This document shows positions 28,732 through 36,967 of a DNA stretch of 64,000 nt, piece after piece. Within the stretch, counting starts at the first letter, position 1. Each line of letters begins with the position of its first letter. A program made the position numbers and the translations under genes. A model generated the notes under the pieces. It ran no database searches and had not been told where the DNA came from. It saw only the letters and a list, made by a program, of their open reading frames with translations. The stretch covers positions 21,648 through 85,647 of the forward strand of contig CALWJJ010000005.1 of the NCBI GenBank assembly GCA_944380985.1, read 5' to 3'. The DNA is from an uncultured Agathobaculum sp. (GTDB lineage Bacteria > Bacillota > Clostridia > Oscillospirales > Butyricicoccaceae).

Positions 28732-30099
28732 ATGGCGAAGATCCCGTACAGACTGTATTTAACTGAAGACCAGATGCCGCACCAGTGGTACAACTTGCGC
28801 GCCGATATGAGGGAGCAGCCCGATCCGCTGATTCACCCGGGTACGCACGAGCCGCTGCCGACCGAGGCGCTTTATCCGATCTTCTGTGAAAAGCTCGCAC
28901 AGCAGGAAACGGACAGCACGACCCGCTATATTGACATTCCCGAGCCGGTGCTCGATATGTATAAGCTATACCGCCCGTCGCCGCTGTGCCGTGCGTACAA
29001 TCTGGAAAAGGCGCTCGATACCCCGGCCAAGATCTACTACAAGTTTGAGGGCAACAACACCTCAGGCTCGCACAAGCTTAACTCGGCCATCGCGCAGGCG
29101 TACTACGCCAAGGAGCAGGGCCTGAAGGGCCTGACGACCGAAACCGGCGCGGGTCAGTGGGGCACGGCGCTCTCTGAGGCGTGCGCGTTTTTCGGGCTGG
29201 ATCTCAAGGTGTTCATGGTCAAGGTGTCCTATGAGCAGAAGCCTTACCGCAAGGCGGTCATGCAGACCTTTGGCGCAGACGTGACGCCCTCCCCCTCAAA
29301 CACCACCGAGGCGGGGCGCGCCATCCTTGCGCACGATCCGAACACCGGAGGCTCGCTTGGCTGCGCGATCTCCGAGGCGATCGAGGTGGCCACAACGCAC
29401 GAGGGCTATCGCTATGTGCTCGGCTCGGTACTCAACCAGGTGCTGTTGCACCAGTCGATCGTCGGCCTGGAGAGCAAGCAGGCCATGGAGATGCTGGACG
29501 AATATCCGGACATCGTCATCGGCTGCGCGGGCGGCGGCTCCAACCTCGGCGGCCTGATCGCGCCCTTTATGCAGGATAAGCTGACCGGAAAGGCCAATCC
29601 GCGCATTATCGCGGTCGAGCCGGCCTCCTGCCCGTCGTTCACCCGCGGCAAGTATGCTTATGATTTCTGTGATACCGGCCATGTCACCCCGCTGGCACGC
29701 ATGTATACGCTGGGCAACGGCTTTATGCCTGCGCCCAACCACGCGGGCGGTCTGCGCTATCACGGTATGAGCCCGATTCTCTCCAAGCTGTATCACGACG
29801 GCTATATGGAGGCAGTCTCGGCCAAGCAGACCGATGTGTTTGAAGCGGCAGTACAGTTTGCCAAAGTAGAGACTATCCTGCCTGCACCCGAGTCCTCGCA
29901 CGCAATTCGCTGTGCGATCGACGAGGCGCTCAAGTGCAAGCAGACCGGCGAGGCCAAGACCATTCTGTTCGGCCTGACCGGCACAGGCTACTTCGATATG
30001 TCTGCCTATGAGTCCTACCACAATGGCAAGATGGTCAACCGCGTGCCGACCGATGAGGAGCTGCAGGTCGGTTTTGACACGCTGCCGCGGCTCGACTGA
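28732..30099 (+). CDS. trpB2: TrpB2 (stand-alone tryptophan synthase beta-like PLP enzyme)
   Basis: P.QWYN, YRPSPLCRA, SGSHKLN (PLP Lys), TETGAGQWG, GGGSN, HAGGLRYHG, PAPESSHA; 455 aa; no trpA nearby. Confidence 0.92.
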   Translation: MAKIPYRLYLTEDQMPHQWYNLRADMREQPDPLIHPGTHEPLPTEALYPIFCEKLAQQETDSTTRYIDIPEPVLDMYKLYRPSPLCRAYNLEKALDTPAKIYYKFEGNNTSGSHKLNSAIAQAYYAKEQGLKGLTTETGAGQWGTALSEACAFFGLDLKVFMVKVSYEQKPYRKAVMQTFGADVTPSPSNTTEAGRAILAHDPNTGGSLGCAISEAIEVATTHEGYRYVLGSVLNQVLLHQSIVGLESKQAMEMLDEYPDIVIGCAGGGSNLGGLIAPFMQDKLTGKANPRIIAVEPASCPSFTRGKYAYDFCDTGHVTPLARMYTLGNGFMPAPNHAGGLRYHGMSPILSKLYHDGYMEAVSAKQTDVFEAAVQFAKVETILPAPESSHAIRCAIDEALKCKQTGEAKTILFGLTGTGYFDMSAYESYHNGKMVNRVPTDEELQVGFDTLPRLD

Positions 30100-30129
30100 G
30101 CAGAAACCAACGGCTGTATTATAAGGAGA

Positions 30130-30168
30130 AAGACCCGACAGCGCTTGCAGGCGCTGCCGGGTCTTTTT
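30130..30168. terminator. Terminator between trpB2 and spoIID
   Basis: IR aagacccg.cagcgc...gcgctg.cgggtcttttt. Confidence 0.75.
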
Positions 30169-30180
30169 GTTTTGCCGCTT

Positions 30181-31152
30181 TTACAGGGTGACAAGCGCGG
30201 TGTTTAGATAGTAATGCGCGAGTATTTCGGCGTAGGATGCACCCTGCTCGGCCATATATCGCGCGCCGTACTGCGATAGTCCGACCCCGTGTCCATAGCC
30301 GATGGTGTGGAAGGTGATACTGTCCTCGGTGGTGGTCAAGGTAAAGTTGGTTGATTGCAGGCCGAACAGTTCGCGTACTGCGGCGCCCTCAACGGTCACT
30401 CCACCCAGCTCGACTGTGATTACACCGCCCGCCTCGGATCGAACGGACGCCTTAAACCAGGTGTTCGGCGCGCCGGAAAGGTCGGCAGAGGGGAAAGCGT
30501 CCGCAACCGCGGTGCGGAAATCGTCCGCAGAGAGGGTCACCGCGTCCTCATAGCCGTCGTAAGCCGAGCCGCCCGGGCTGACCGCGCTTTGCAGATAAGG
30601 GATGTCCTCTCCCCACACATCTCTGGCGGCCTCAGTGCGTGGTCCGCTGACACAGTGAAACACCGCAGCAATGGGCTGGCCGTCATAGGTCAGTATCTCA
30701 CCCGCCGTATCCTGCACCGCCTGCTGTACGCGCGACAGATCGCTACCTGCCGCGGTTTCTACTGCAATATCACGCCAGGCTGCGCAGTGGCGGTAGTCGT
30801 CGCACAGGTCGGCTTCCGGGTGGGCCTCAGGTCGCCCGCGAAATAGCTTGTAAACCGCGTAGGTGCGCGCCGCAACCGCCTGCGCGCGCAGCGCCTCCTC
30901 GGGGAAATCATTTGGTATCTCGGCTGCAACAACGCCGGCCACATAGTCCTCGAGCGGTAGTTCGGTCGGCGTGCCGTCCAGCATGACCGTAACGGCAGAA
31001 TAATCGCCCGCCATCCCGTCCGCTTGCACCGCCTGCACGGCGGCGGGCGGCGAGGCGCTCTCCTCCGGCTCGCCTAGCGACCAGAACACGGGCAGCAGAT
31101 ACAGCATCAGCACCAGCGCGCCGCCCGTCAGCAGTAGTTTGCGCATGTCCAC
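30181..31152 (-). CDS. spoIID: Stage II sporulation protein D (lytic transglycosylase)
   Basis: N-terminal TM; YVAGVVAAE, EALRAQAVAARTY, GYGHGVGLSQYGA, EILAHYY. Confidence 0.92.
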   Translation of the reverse strand: MDMRKLLLTGGALVLMLYLLPVFWSLGEPEESASPPAAVQAVQADGMAGDYSAVTVMLDGTPTELPLEDYVAGVVAAEIPNDFPEEALRAQAVAARTYAVYKLFRGRPEAHPEADLCDDYRHCAAWRDIAVETAAGSDLSRVQQAVQDTAGEILTYDGQPIAAVFHCVSGPRTEAARDVWGEDIPYLQSAVSPGGSAYDGYEDAVTLSADDFRTAVADAFPSADLSGAPNTWFKASVRSEAGGVITVELGGVTVEGAAVRELFGLQSTNFTLTTTEDSITFHTIGYGHGVGLSQYGARYMAEQGASYAEILAHYYLNTALVTL

Positions 31153-31169
31153 AGCCTCCTTCTTCCGTC

Positions 31170-31198
31170 AGTCTATGCAGGTTCAAATATTGATAGAA
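31170..31198 (-). promoter_or_regulatory. Putative sigma-E (mother-cell) promoter of spoIID
   Basis: Minus strand TTCTATC-14 bp-CATAGACT, matching the sigma-E -10 consensus cATAcanT and its spacing. Confidence 0.6.
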
Positions 31199-31217
31199 CA
31201 CCAAATCTAGGATAGTA

Positions 31218-31246
31218 TTGACAATCATTCCAATATGTAGTATTCT
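31218..31246 (+). promoter_or_regulatory. Sigma-A promoter of the small two-gene operon
   Basis: TTGACA-17 bp-TATTCT. Confidence 0.7.
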
Positions 31247-31261
31247 ATAAAACAGAAATAA

Positions 31262-31275
31262 CGAACAAATGTTCG
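31262..31275. promoter_or_regulatory. LexA (SOS/Cheo) box
   Basis: CGAACAAATGTTCG is a perfect match to the Firmicute consensus CGAAC-N4-GTTCG; it lies between the -10 element and the RBS. Confidence 0.8.
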
Positions 31276-31296
31276 ATAAAAATAAGGAGGGGCACC

Positions 31297-31536
31297 ATGG
31301 TGCTGCGTGAAATGGCACAGGAATACCGAAGGAACACAGCGCTGCTCGAACTGCGGATGAAGCAGCTGCAGGTCGCGCAGCGCCGTGCCGAGCAAAAGGA
31401 GGTCAAATATCGACTCAAGCGACGGATCGGCCTGCTGCGCGTGCTGATCAACGAGAGCCGCAAGACCGTTTTTGTGCTGGAACATTATTATGACAGAAAA
31501 GGAGGGCAAGCACATGATGACAAAAGAGCTGGCTGA
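31297..31536 (+). CDS. Small basic helical hypothetical protein (79 aa)
   Basis: AAGGAGG RBS 31284-31290; Arg/Lys-rich heptad-like sequence; overlaps the next gene. Confidence 0.6.
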   Translation: MVLREMAQEYRRNTALLELRMKQLQVAQRRAEQKEVKYRLKRRIGLLRVLINESRKTVFVLEHYYDRKGGQAHDDKRAG

Positions 31537-31819
31537 CCGGGCGGCATACGAAGAGTATCTTGCCGGCCTTGCTGCGGATGACAGCGCGTTTCGCGCGGCG
31601 TTTCGCGCAGCGTTCTTTCAGGCACTGCACGAGCAGATGACCGCGCGGCAGTATGAGATCCTGCTCATGCGGGAGGTGGAAGGGCTGTCCGGCAAGGAGA
31701 TTGCGTACAAGCTGGGCATCAGCCAGTCGGCTGTGTCGCGGCACCTGACGCGTGGCAAAAAACGGCTGCGCACGCTGTTGGCCTACAATCTTGAGCTGAG
31801 AAGCCGCGACTTCTCCTGA
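31514..31819 (+). CDS. Stand-alone sigma-70 region-4-like HTH protein (101 aa)
   Basis: AAGGAGG RBS; MTARQYEILLMREVEGLSGKEIAYKLGISQSAVSRHLTRGKKRLR is a typical sigma r4.2 HTH; no region 2. Confidence 0.8.
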   Translation: MMTKELADRAAYEEYLAGLAADDSAFRAAFRAAFFQALHEQMTARQYEILLMREVEGLSGKEIAYKLGISQSAVSRHLTRGKKRLRTLLAYNLELRSRDFS

Positions 31820-31977
31820 AAACCGGATAAGGAAAAACAGCGCCCGGCGGGAAGGGAGTTCCTGTCGGGCGCGTATTGTTTTTGGTAAGATGGCTTACTT
31901 GATATGGCATATGGCGCCATGTGCGAGCAAAATGTCGTAGGTTGCGGCAATCGACCGGCAAAAACGGGTGTTCATGC

Positions 31978-32006
31978 TTGAAAAGTGCGGCATACAGTGT
32001 TAAACT
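31978..32006 (+). promoter_or_regulatory. Sigma-A promoter of purB
   Basis: TTGAAA-17 bp-TAAACT with TG extension. Confidence 0.55.
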
Positions 32007-32076
32007 AAAATTGGGTTAAAATCTGTTATTAACGTAATCTGCACCGCAATCGGGCAGATAGGAAAGGACGACTGAC

Positions 32077-33507
32077 ATGAACGACGTGTACGAAAGCCCG
32101 CTTTCCTCGCGCTATGCCTCCAAGGAGATGCTGTATATTTTCTCTTCGGATATGAAGTTTTCGACCTGGCGCCGCTTGTGGGTATCGCTCGCCAAGGCCG
32201 AGATGGCACTTGGCCTGCCCATCACACAGGCACAGATCGATGAGATGCAGGCGCATATTGACGACATCGACTATGATACCGCCCGCGCGCGGGAGAAAGA
32301 AGTCCGCCACGATGTAATGGCGCATGTCTACACCTATGGCAAGGCCGCGCCGGGGGCGGCGGGCATCATCCATCTCGGCGCGACAAGCGCCTATGTGGGC
32401 GATAATACCGACATCATTCAGATTCGGGAGGGGCTGCGGCTTGTTGGCAAAAAGCTCGCGGCCGTGCTGGCGCAGCTTGCCGATTTTGCGCAAGCGCACA
32501 AAGCACAGCCGACACTCGGCTTTACCCACTTCCAGCCGGCGCAGCTGACGACAGTAGGCAAGCGCGCGACGCTCTGGATGAACGAGCTGCTCATGGACCT
32601 GAGTGAGGTCGAATACCGCATGAAGACCTTACGTATGCTGGGAAGTAAGGGAACGACTGGCACGCAGGCATCCTTTATGGAGCTGTTTGACGGCGACGAG
32701 GACAAGGTAAAGGCGCTGGAAAAGCGCATTGCGGATGATTTCGGTTTTGCAGGCGTGGTGCCGGTATCCGGCCAGACCTATTCACGCAAGATCGACGCGC
32801 AGACGCTTGCAACGCTGTCTGGAGTTGCACAGTCAGCGTCCAAGTTTGCGACCGACCTGCGCCTGCTTCAACATTTAAAGGAGGTAGAGGAGCCGTTTGA
32901 AAAAAACCAGATCGGCTCTTCCGCCATGCCGTACAAGCGCAACCCGATGAGAAGCGAGCGTATCTGCGCGCTCGCGCGCTATGTCATCACGGACAGCTTA
33001 AACCCGGCGTTTACATCCGCAACGCAGTGGTTTGAGCGCACGCTGGACGATTCGGCCAACAAGCGCATCTCGGTGCCCGAGGCTTTCCTCGCGGTCGACG
33101 CTATCCTTAATATTATGATTAACGTGGTCTCGGGCCTTGTGGTTTATCCCAAGGTGATTGAGGCGCATGTGAGGAATGAACTGCCCTTTATGGCAACCGA
33201 GAATATTATGATGGACGCGGTCAAGCGCGGCGGCAACCGACAGGAGCTGCACGAGCGCATCCGCGAGCACTCGATGGCCGCAGGACGGCGCGTTAAGGAA
33301 GAGGGGTTGGACAACGACCTGATCGACCGCATTGCGGCCGATCCGATGTTCGGCATGACGCGCGAGCAGATTGTCGCGCACCTCGATCCCAAGGCATATA
33401 TCGGCCGCTGCCCCTCGCAGGTAGACGAATTTGTCGCCGAATGCGTCCGCCCGGCTATCGCGCCCTATCTCGACGGCGAGGCGATCGAGGTGGAAATTAA
33501 CCTTTAA
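32077..33507 (+). CDS. purB: Adenylosuccinate lyase
   Basis: YESPLSSRY, RHDVMAH, IHLGATS, GFTHFQPAQ, GSSAMPYKRNP fumarate-lyase signature. Confidence 0.97.
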   Translation: MNDVYESPLSSRYASKEMLYIFSSDMKFSTWRRLWVSLAKAEMALGLPITQAQIDEMQAHIDDIDYDTARAREKEVRHDVMAHVYTYGKAAPGAAGIIHLGATSAYVGDNTDIIQIREGLRLVGKKLAAVLAQLADFAQAHKAQPTLGFTHFQPAQLTTVGKRATLWMNELLMDLSEVEYRMKTLRMLGSKGTTGTQASFMELFDGDEDKVKALEKRIADDFGFAGVVPVSGQTYSRKIDAQTLATLSGVAQSASKFATDLRLLQHLKEVEEPFEKNQIGSSAMPYKRNPMRSERICALARYVITDSLNPAFTSATQWFERTLDDSANKRISVPEAFLAVDAILNIMINVVSGLVVYPKVIEAHVRNELPFMATENIMMDAVKRGGNRQELHERIREHSMAAGRRVKEEGLDNDLIDRIAADPMFGMTREQIVAHLDPKAYIGRCPSQVDEFVAECVRPAIAPYLDGEAIEVEINL

Positions 33508-33623
33508 GTGAAGGGCGCGGGAGCAAATGTCCGTTTGCCAGGTTGCTCGAACGAGAAAAAACAACAGGGGCGCCGGTGTACCGCGCCCCTTTGCCAGTGA
33601 TTTCTTTTGATGGGAGGTTTATT

Positions 33624-34415
33624 ATGCAGGTCGGCATTTCAACCGCGTGCTTTTACCCGCAGCCGATTGAGGAAATTCTGCCGGTATTGGCGGCGCTGGG
33701 CACGCACGCGATCGAGCTGTTTGTCAATACAGAGAGCGAGTTTCAGCCGCGCTTTTATGAGCAGATCGGCGCGCAGGCGAAAAGCCTCGGGCTGGAGATT
33801 GTTTCGGTGCACCCTTATGCCTCGCCAATGGAGGGTATGATGCTGTTTTCCGACTACAAGCGCCGCACGGAGGACGGTATGCTGCAATACCAGCGGTATT
33901 TTGAGTGCGCGGCCGCGCTTGGCGCGCGCTGCCTGATCTTTCACGGTGAGCGCGACATGGGGCAGTCCGACAGTCCTGCACAGTGGGAGCGAAAGTGCGA
34001 AAGCTACCGCCGCCTGTGCCGGCTGGCGGCGGCCTGCGGGGTGACGCTTGCGCAAGAGAACGTGGCCTGGTGTCGCTCGCACGACCCGGGATTTCTGGCG
34101 GCATTGCGCCGCGATGTGCCCGAGCTGTGCTACACGCTTGACATCAAGCAGGCGCACCGCGCGGGCAAGGACTGGCGGTCGTTTTTCGACGTGATGGGCG
34201 AGCGGATCGTCAATGTCCATATCAACGATTTTTCGTCCGGGCAAAGCTGCCTGATGCCAGGCAAGGGCGATATGGACTACGCCTCTCTCTTTTCCGCGCT
34301 GCGCGGCGTGGGATACGACGGGCATGCACTGATTGAGGTATACCGCTCGAATTTTGGCGACCCCGAGGAGCTGGCGCGCACGCTGCGCATGCTCTCCCGC
34401 ATGACGCCGGCATAA
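33624..34415 (+). CDS. Sugar phosphate isomerase/epimerase-like TIM-barrel protein
   Basis: GISTAC, SVHP, QENV, TLDIKQ, HINDF...MPGKG, IEVY metal-binding pattern; GGGAGG RBS. Confidence 0.8.
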   Translation: MQVGISTACFYPQPIEEILPVLAALGTHAIELFVNTESEFQPRFYEQIGAQAKSLGLEIVSVHPYASPMEGMMLFSDYKRRTEDGMLQYQRYFECAAALGARCLIFHGERDMGQSDSPAQWERKCESYRRLCRLAAACGVTLAQENVAWCRSHDPGFLAALRRDVPELCYTLDIKQAHRAGKDWRSFFDVMGERIVNVHINDFSSGQSCLMPGKGDMDYASLFSALRGVGYDGHALIEVYRSNFGDPEELARTLRMLSRMTPA

Positions 34416-34459
34416 GTCTGCGGGCAAACCCCATATAATGGGCATTTTGTGCGGATGCG

Positions 34460-34489
34460 TTGACTTTGCCGAACAAGCAGTGGTATAAT
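34460..34489 (+). promoter_or_regulatory. Sigma-A promoter of nrdR
   Basis: TTGACT-18 bp-TATAAT with TG extension. Confidence 0.55.
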
Positions 34490-34532
34490 AAAAATATACA
34501 TAATTAATAATTTTTAATGAGAGGTGAAGCGC

Positions 34533-34988
34533 ATGAAATGTCCGTTTTGCGGTTGTGACGACAGCAAGGTCGTCGATTCGCGCCCGACTGACGAGGGCAC
34601 GAGTATCCGCCGCCGGCGGGAATGCCTCAAGTGCCTCAAACGCTTTACCACCTATGAGACGGTCGAGCGCATGCCGCTGATGCTGGTCAAGCGGGATGGC
34701 ACCCGCCAGGCTTACGACCGTGAAAAGCTGCTGCGCGGCCTGATGAAGGCGTGCGAAAAGCGCCCGGTCTCGCTCATGCAACTCGAGCAGATTGTCGATG
34801 CGGTTGAGCAGAAGGTGTTCGGCACGCTTGAGAGCGAGGTGTCGAGCAAGGTGATCGGCGAGCTCGTCATGGAGGGCCTGCGCAAGGTGGATGAGGTTGC
34901 CTATGTCCGCTTTGCATCGGTCTACCGGCAGTTTAAGGATATTAACACTTTTATGGAGGAGCTCAACACGCTGATCAAGGATAAGTGA
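34533..34988 (+). CDS. nrdR: Transcriptional repressor NrdR
   Basis: MKCPFC...KVVDSR...[16 protein letters not shown] zinc ribbon; ATP cone; [13 protein letters not shown]. Confidence 0.97.
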   Translation: MKCPFCGCDDSKVVDSRPTDEGTSIRRRRECLKCLKRFTTYETVERMPLMLVKRDGTRQAYDREKLLRGLMKACEKRPVSLMQLEQIVDAVEQKVFGTLESEVSSKVIGELVMEGLRKVDEVAYVRFASVYRQFKDINTFMEELNTLIKDK

Positions 34989-35191
34989 ATCCGCGCGACT
35001 TCCCGCGGGGGAACCAGCCTGTTTGCGCCCCCATGTAAAACCGATAGCGAAAATGTTAAGATCCAGGGCGCCAAATGTGCTTTGGATCTTTTTTTCAAAT
35101 ATTGCGGGATTTTTGAATGGATTTCCCTCGCTGGATCGTGTATGGGGTGAAAGGGTAAAACACCACCACACAACAGAGGGAGGAACAAATT

Positions 35192-35560
35192 ATGAAAAAG
35201 GTACAGACTGGTATTGTGGCCGCGGCGCTGCTGGCGGCTATCGGTGTGACGAGTGCGTTTGCCGCCGGCCCCGGCTGGGGATGGCGGGCAGGCCGAGACG
35301 CTGTCCGGCCCGCGTGCACCGGCGCATTCTGCCGCTATGCGGATGCGGATGGCGATGGTGTGTGCGATGTCTGCGGCGCTGTCGGCGTGTCCGGATGGGG
35401 CAGATACGATGAGAGTGTTGGCGGCAACGGCGTTCGCCTTGGCTGCGGCACAGCGGGGCGGTATTACACTGATGAAAACGGCGACGGCGTGTGCGACCGC
35501 TATGCAGACGGCGCATATCTCGGTTACGGCCGCGGCGCATGCGGAGTATACGGAAGATGA
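35192..35560 (+). CDS. Secreted Gly/Cys-rich small protein with two Dx[DN]GDGxCD motifs
   Basis: GGAGG RBS; signal peptide MKKVQTGIVAAALLAAIGVTSAFA; DADGDGVCD and DENGDGVCD; 7 Cys. Confidence 0.75.
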   Translation: MKKVQTGIVAAALLAAIGVTSAFAAGPGWGWRAGRDAVRPACTGAFCRYADADGDGVCDVCGAVGVSGWGRYDESVGGNGVRLGCGTAGRYYTDENGDGVCDRYADGAYLGYGRGACGVYGR

Positions 35561-35584
35561 TCTGATAGCAGGTGGGGGTTCGGA

Positions 35585-36067
35585 ATGCGCAATGAACAAG
35601 AGGTGAACAGGGCGATTGAGCAGTATGCCGATACTGTCCGCCGTCTGTGCATGCTCTATTTGAAAAATCATGCCGATACTGAGGATGTTTTTCAAACCGT
35701 GTTTATGAAGTATCTGCTGCATACCGAGCCTTTTGCCGATGATGAGCACGAAAAGGCATGGCTCATCCGCGTTACGATCAACGCATGTAAGGATGTGCTC
35801 AAAAGCTTTTTCCGCCGTCGCACGGTCTCGCTCGACGAGGTGCTCGAGCAGCCCGCCTTGATCGCGCCAGACCATCGGGAAGTGCTCGAGGCTGTTCTTG
35901 CGCTGCCGCAGAAATACCGGGATGTGGTATACCTACATTATTATGAGGGATATGCCGCGCCTGCGATTGGCCGCATTCTGGGCAAGAATGCCAACACGGT
36001 GTATACGCTGCTCGGCCGCGCAAGGCAGCAGCTTCGCGCAAAGCTGGGAGGTGAGGGCGATGGATGA
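35585..36067 (+). CDS. ECF-type RNA polymerase sigma factor
   Basis: DTEDVFQTVF, HEKAWLIRVTINACKD (region 2); LPQKYRDVVYLHYYEGY...VYTLLGRARQQL (region 4); 160 aa. Confidence 0.93.
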   Translation: MRNEQEVNRAIEQYADTVRRLCMLYLKNHADTEDVFQTVFMKYLLHTEPFADDEHEKAWLIRVTINACKDVLKSFFRRRTVSLDEVLEQPALIAPDHREVLEAVLALPQKYRDVVYLHYYEGYAAPAIGRILGKNANTVYTLLGRARQQLRAKLGGEGDG

Positions 36068-36812
36068 ACGGATCAGGAAAGCGTTTGATCAGATCCGTGC
36101 GGACGAGGCGCTAAAAGAGCGAACACGCGCGAGTCTCGCCCGCAGGCAGGCCGGACGGCGGCGCGCTCTGCCTGGGCGCCTGCGCACGATTACCGTGCTC
36201 GCCTGCCTAGCGCTTATGCTGCTGACCGGCTGGGGCGGCTATCAGGTGTATTTTACGCCTACGTCGATCATCAGCATTGATGTCAACCCATCGGTTGAGC
36301 TAGGCGTCAACCGCTTTGGCAGGGTCGTTGCGGTCAATGGCTATAACCGTGATGGAGAGGCGCTCGCTGCCGCGCTCGACGTGCGGTTTATGGACTATGC
36401 CGAGGCGCTCAGCCGCATTCTGGACAGCGAGGCGTTTGCGGCATATGAGGCGGACGGTGCGATCGTCCTGATCGCCGTGCTGGATGCAGACGAGGCGCGC
36501 GGCGGCGAAATGCTTGCACGGGTCGAGTCCTGTACCGCAGGGCGGCAAAATACGCACTGTCTTGCAGACGATATGGACGCTGCTCAGCACGCGCATGAGG
36601 CCGGTCTGTCTTATGGCAAATACCGTGCGTATCTGGCGCTCAGGGAGCTCGATCCGTCGGTCACGCCGGATGAGGTGCGCGATATGTCCATGCGCGCTAT
36701 CCGCGACCAGATTGCCGCGCTGTCGGACGGGAATGTAACCGTACAGACTGGACATACGGGCGGCGGACAGGGAAAGGGATACCGGCATCAGGCGCGGCAA
36801 GGCGCGGGATGA
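36060..36812 (+). CDS. Single-pass anti-sigma factor with RsgI-like extracytoplasmic domain
   Basis: Short cytoplasmic helix, TM, then SIISIDVNPSVELGVNRFGRVVAVNGYNRDG (RsgI-type); overlaps the sigma gene stop. Confidence 0.75.
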   Translation: MDERIRKAFDQIRADEALKERTRASLARRQAGRRRALPGRLRTITVLACLALMLLTGWGGYQVYFTPTSIISIDVNPSVELGVNRFGRVVAVNGYNRDGEALAAALDVRFMDYAEALSRILDSEAFAAYEADGAIVLIAVLDADEARGGEMLARVESCTAGRQNTHCLADDMDAAQHAHEAGLSYGKYRAYLALRELDPSVTPDEVRDMSMRAIRDQIAALSDGNVTVQTGHTGGGQGKGYRHQARQGAG

Positions 36813-36967
36813 CAGCCTACGGCGCGGCAAGAAGCAAACGAACGAAAAACCGCCCGGAGCGACCCGTGGCAGCACATGTGTATCATGCTGCCGCAGGATG
36901 GCTCCGGGCGGTTCGTTATTGTATTGCGGAAGGGCGCGTTTCCTCCTGCGCGAAAAGGCGCGGCAGG

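Noticed and set aside
31589-31612. 12-bp near-tandem repeat (FRAAFRAA) in the sigma-r4 protein
   Set aside because: Only two imperfect copies; too short to argue for phase variation
31960-31975. PurR box upstream of purB
   Set aside because: No adequate match to the PurBox consensus and no purine riboswitch is visible
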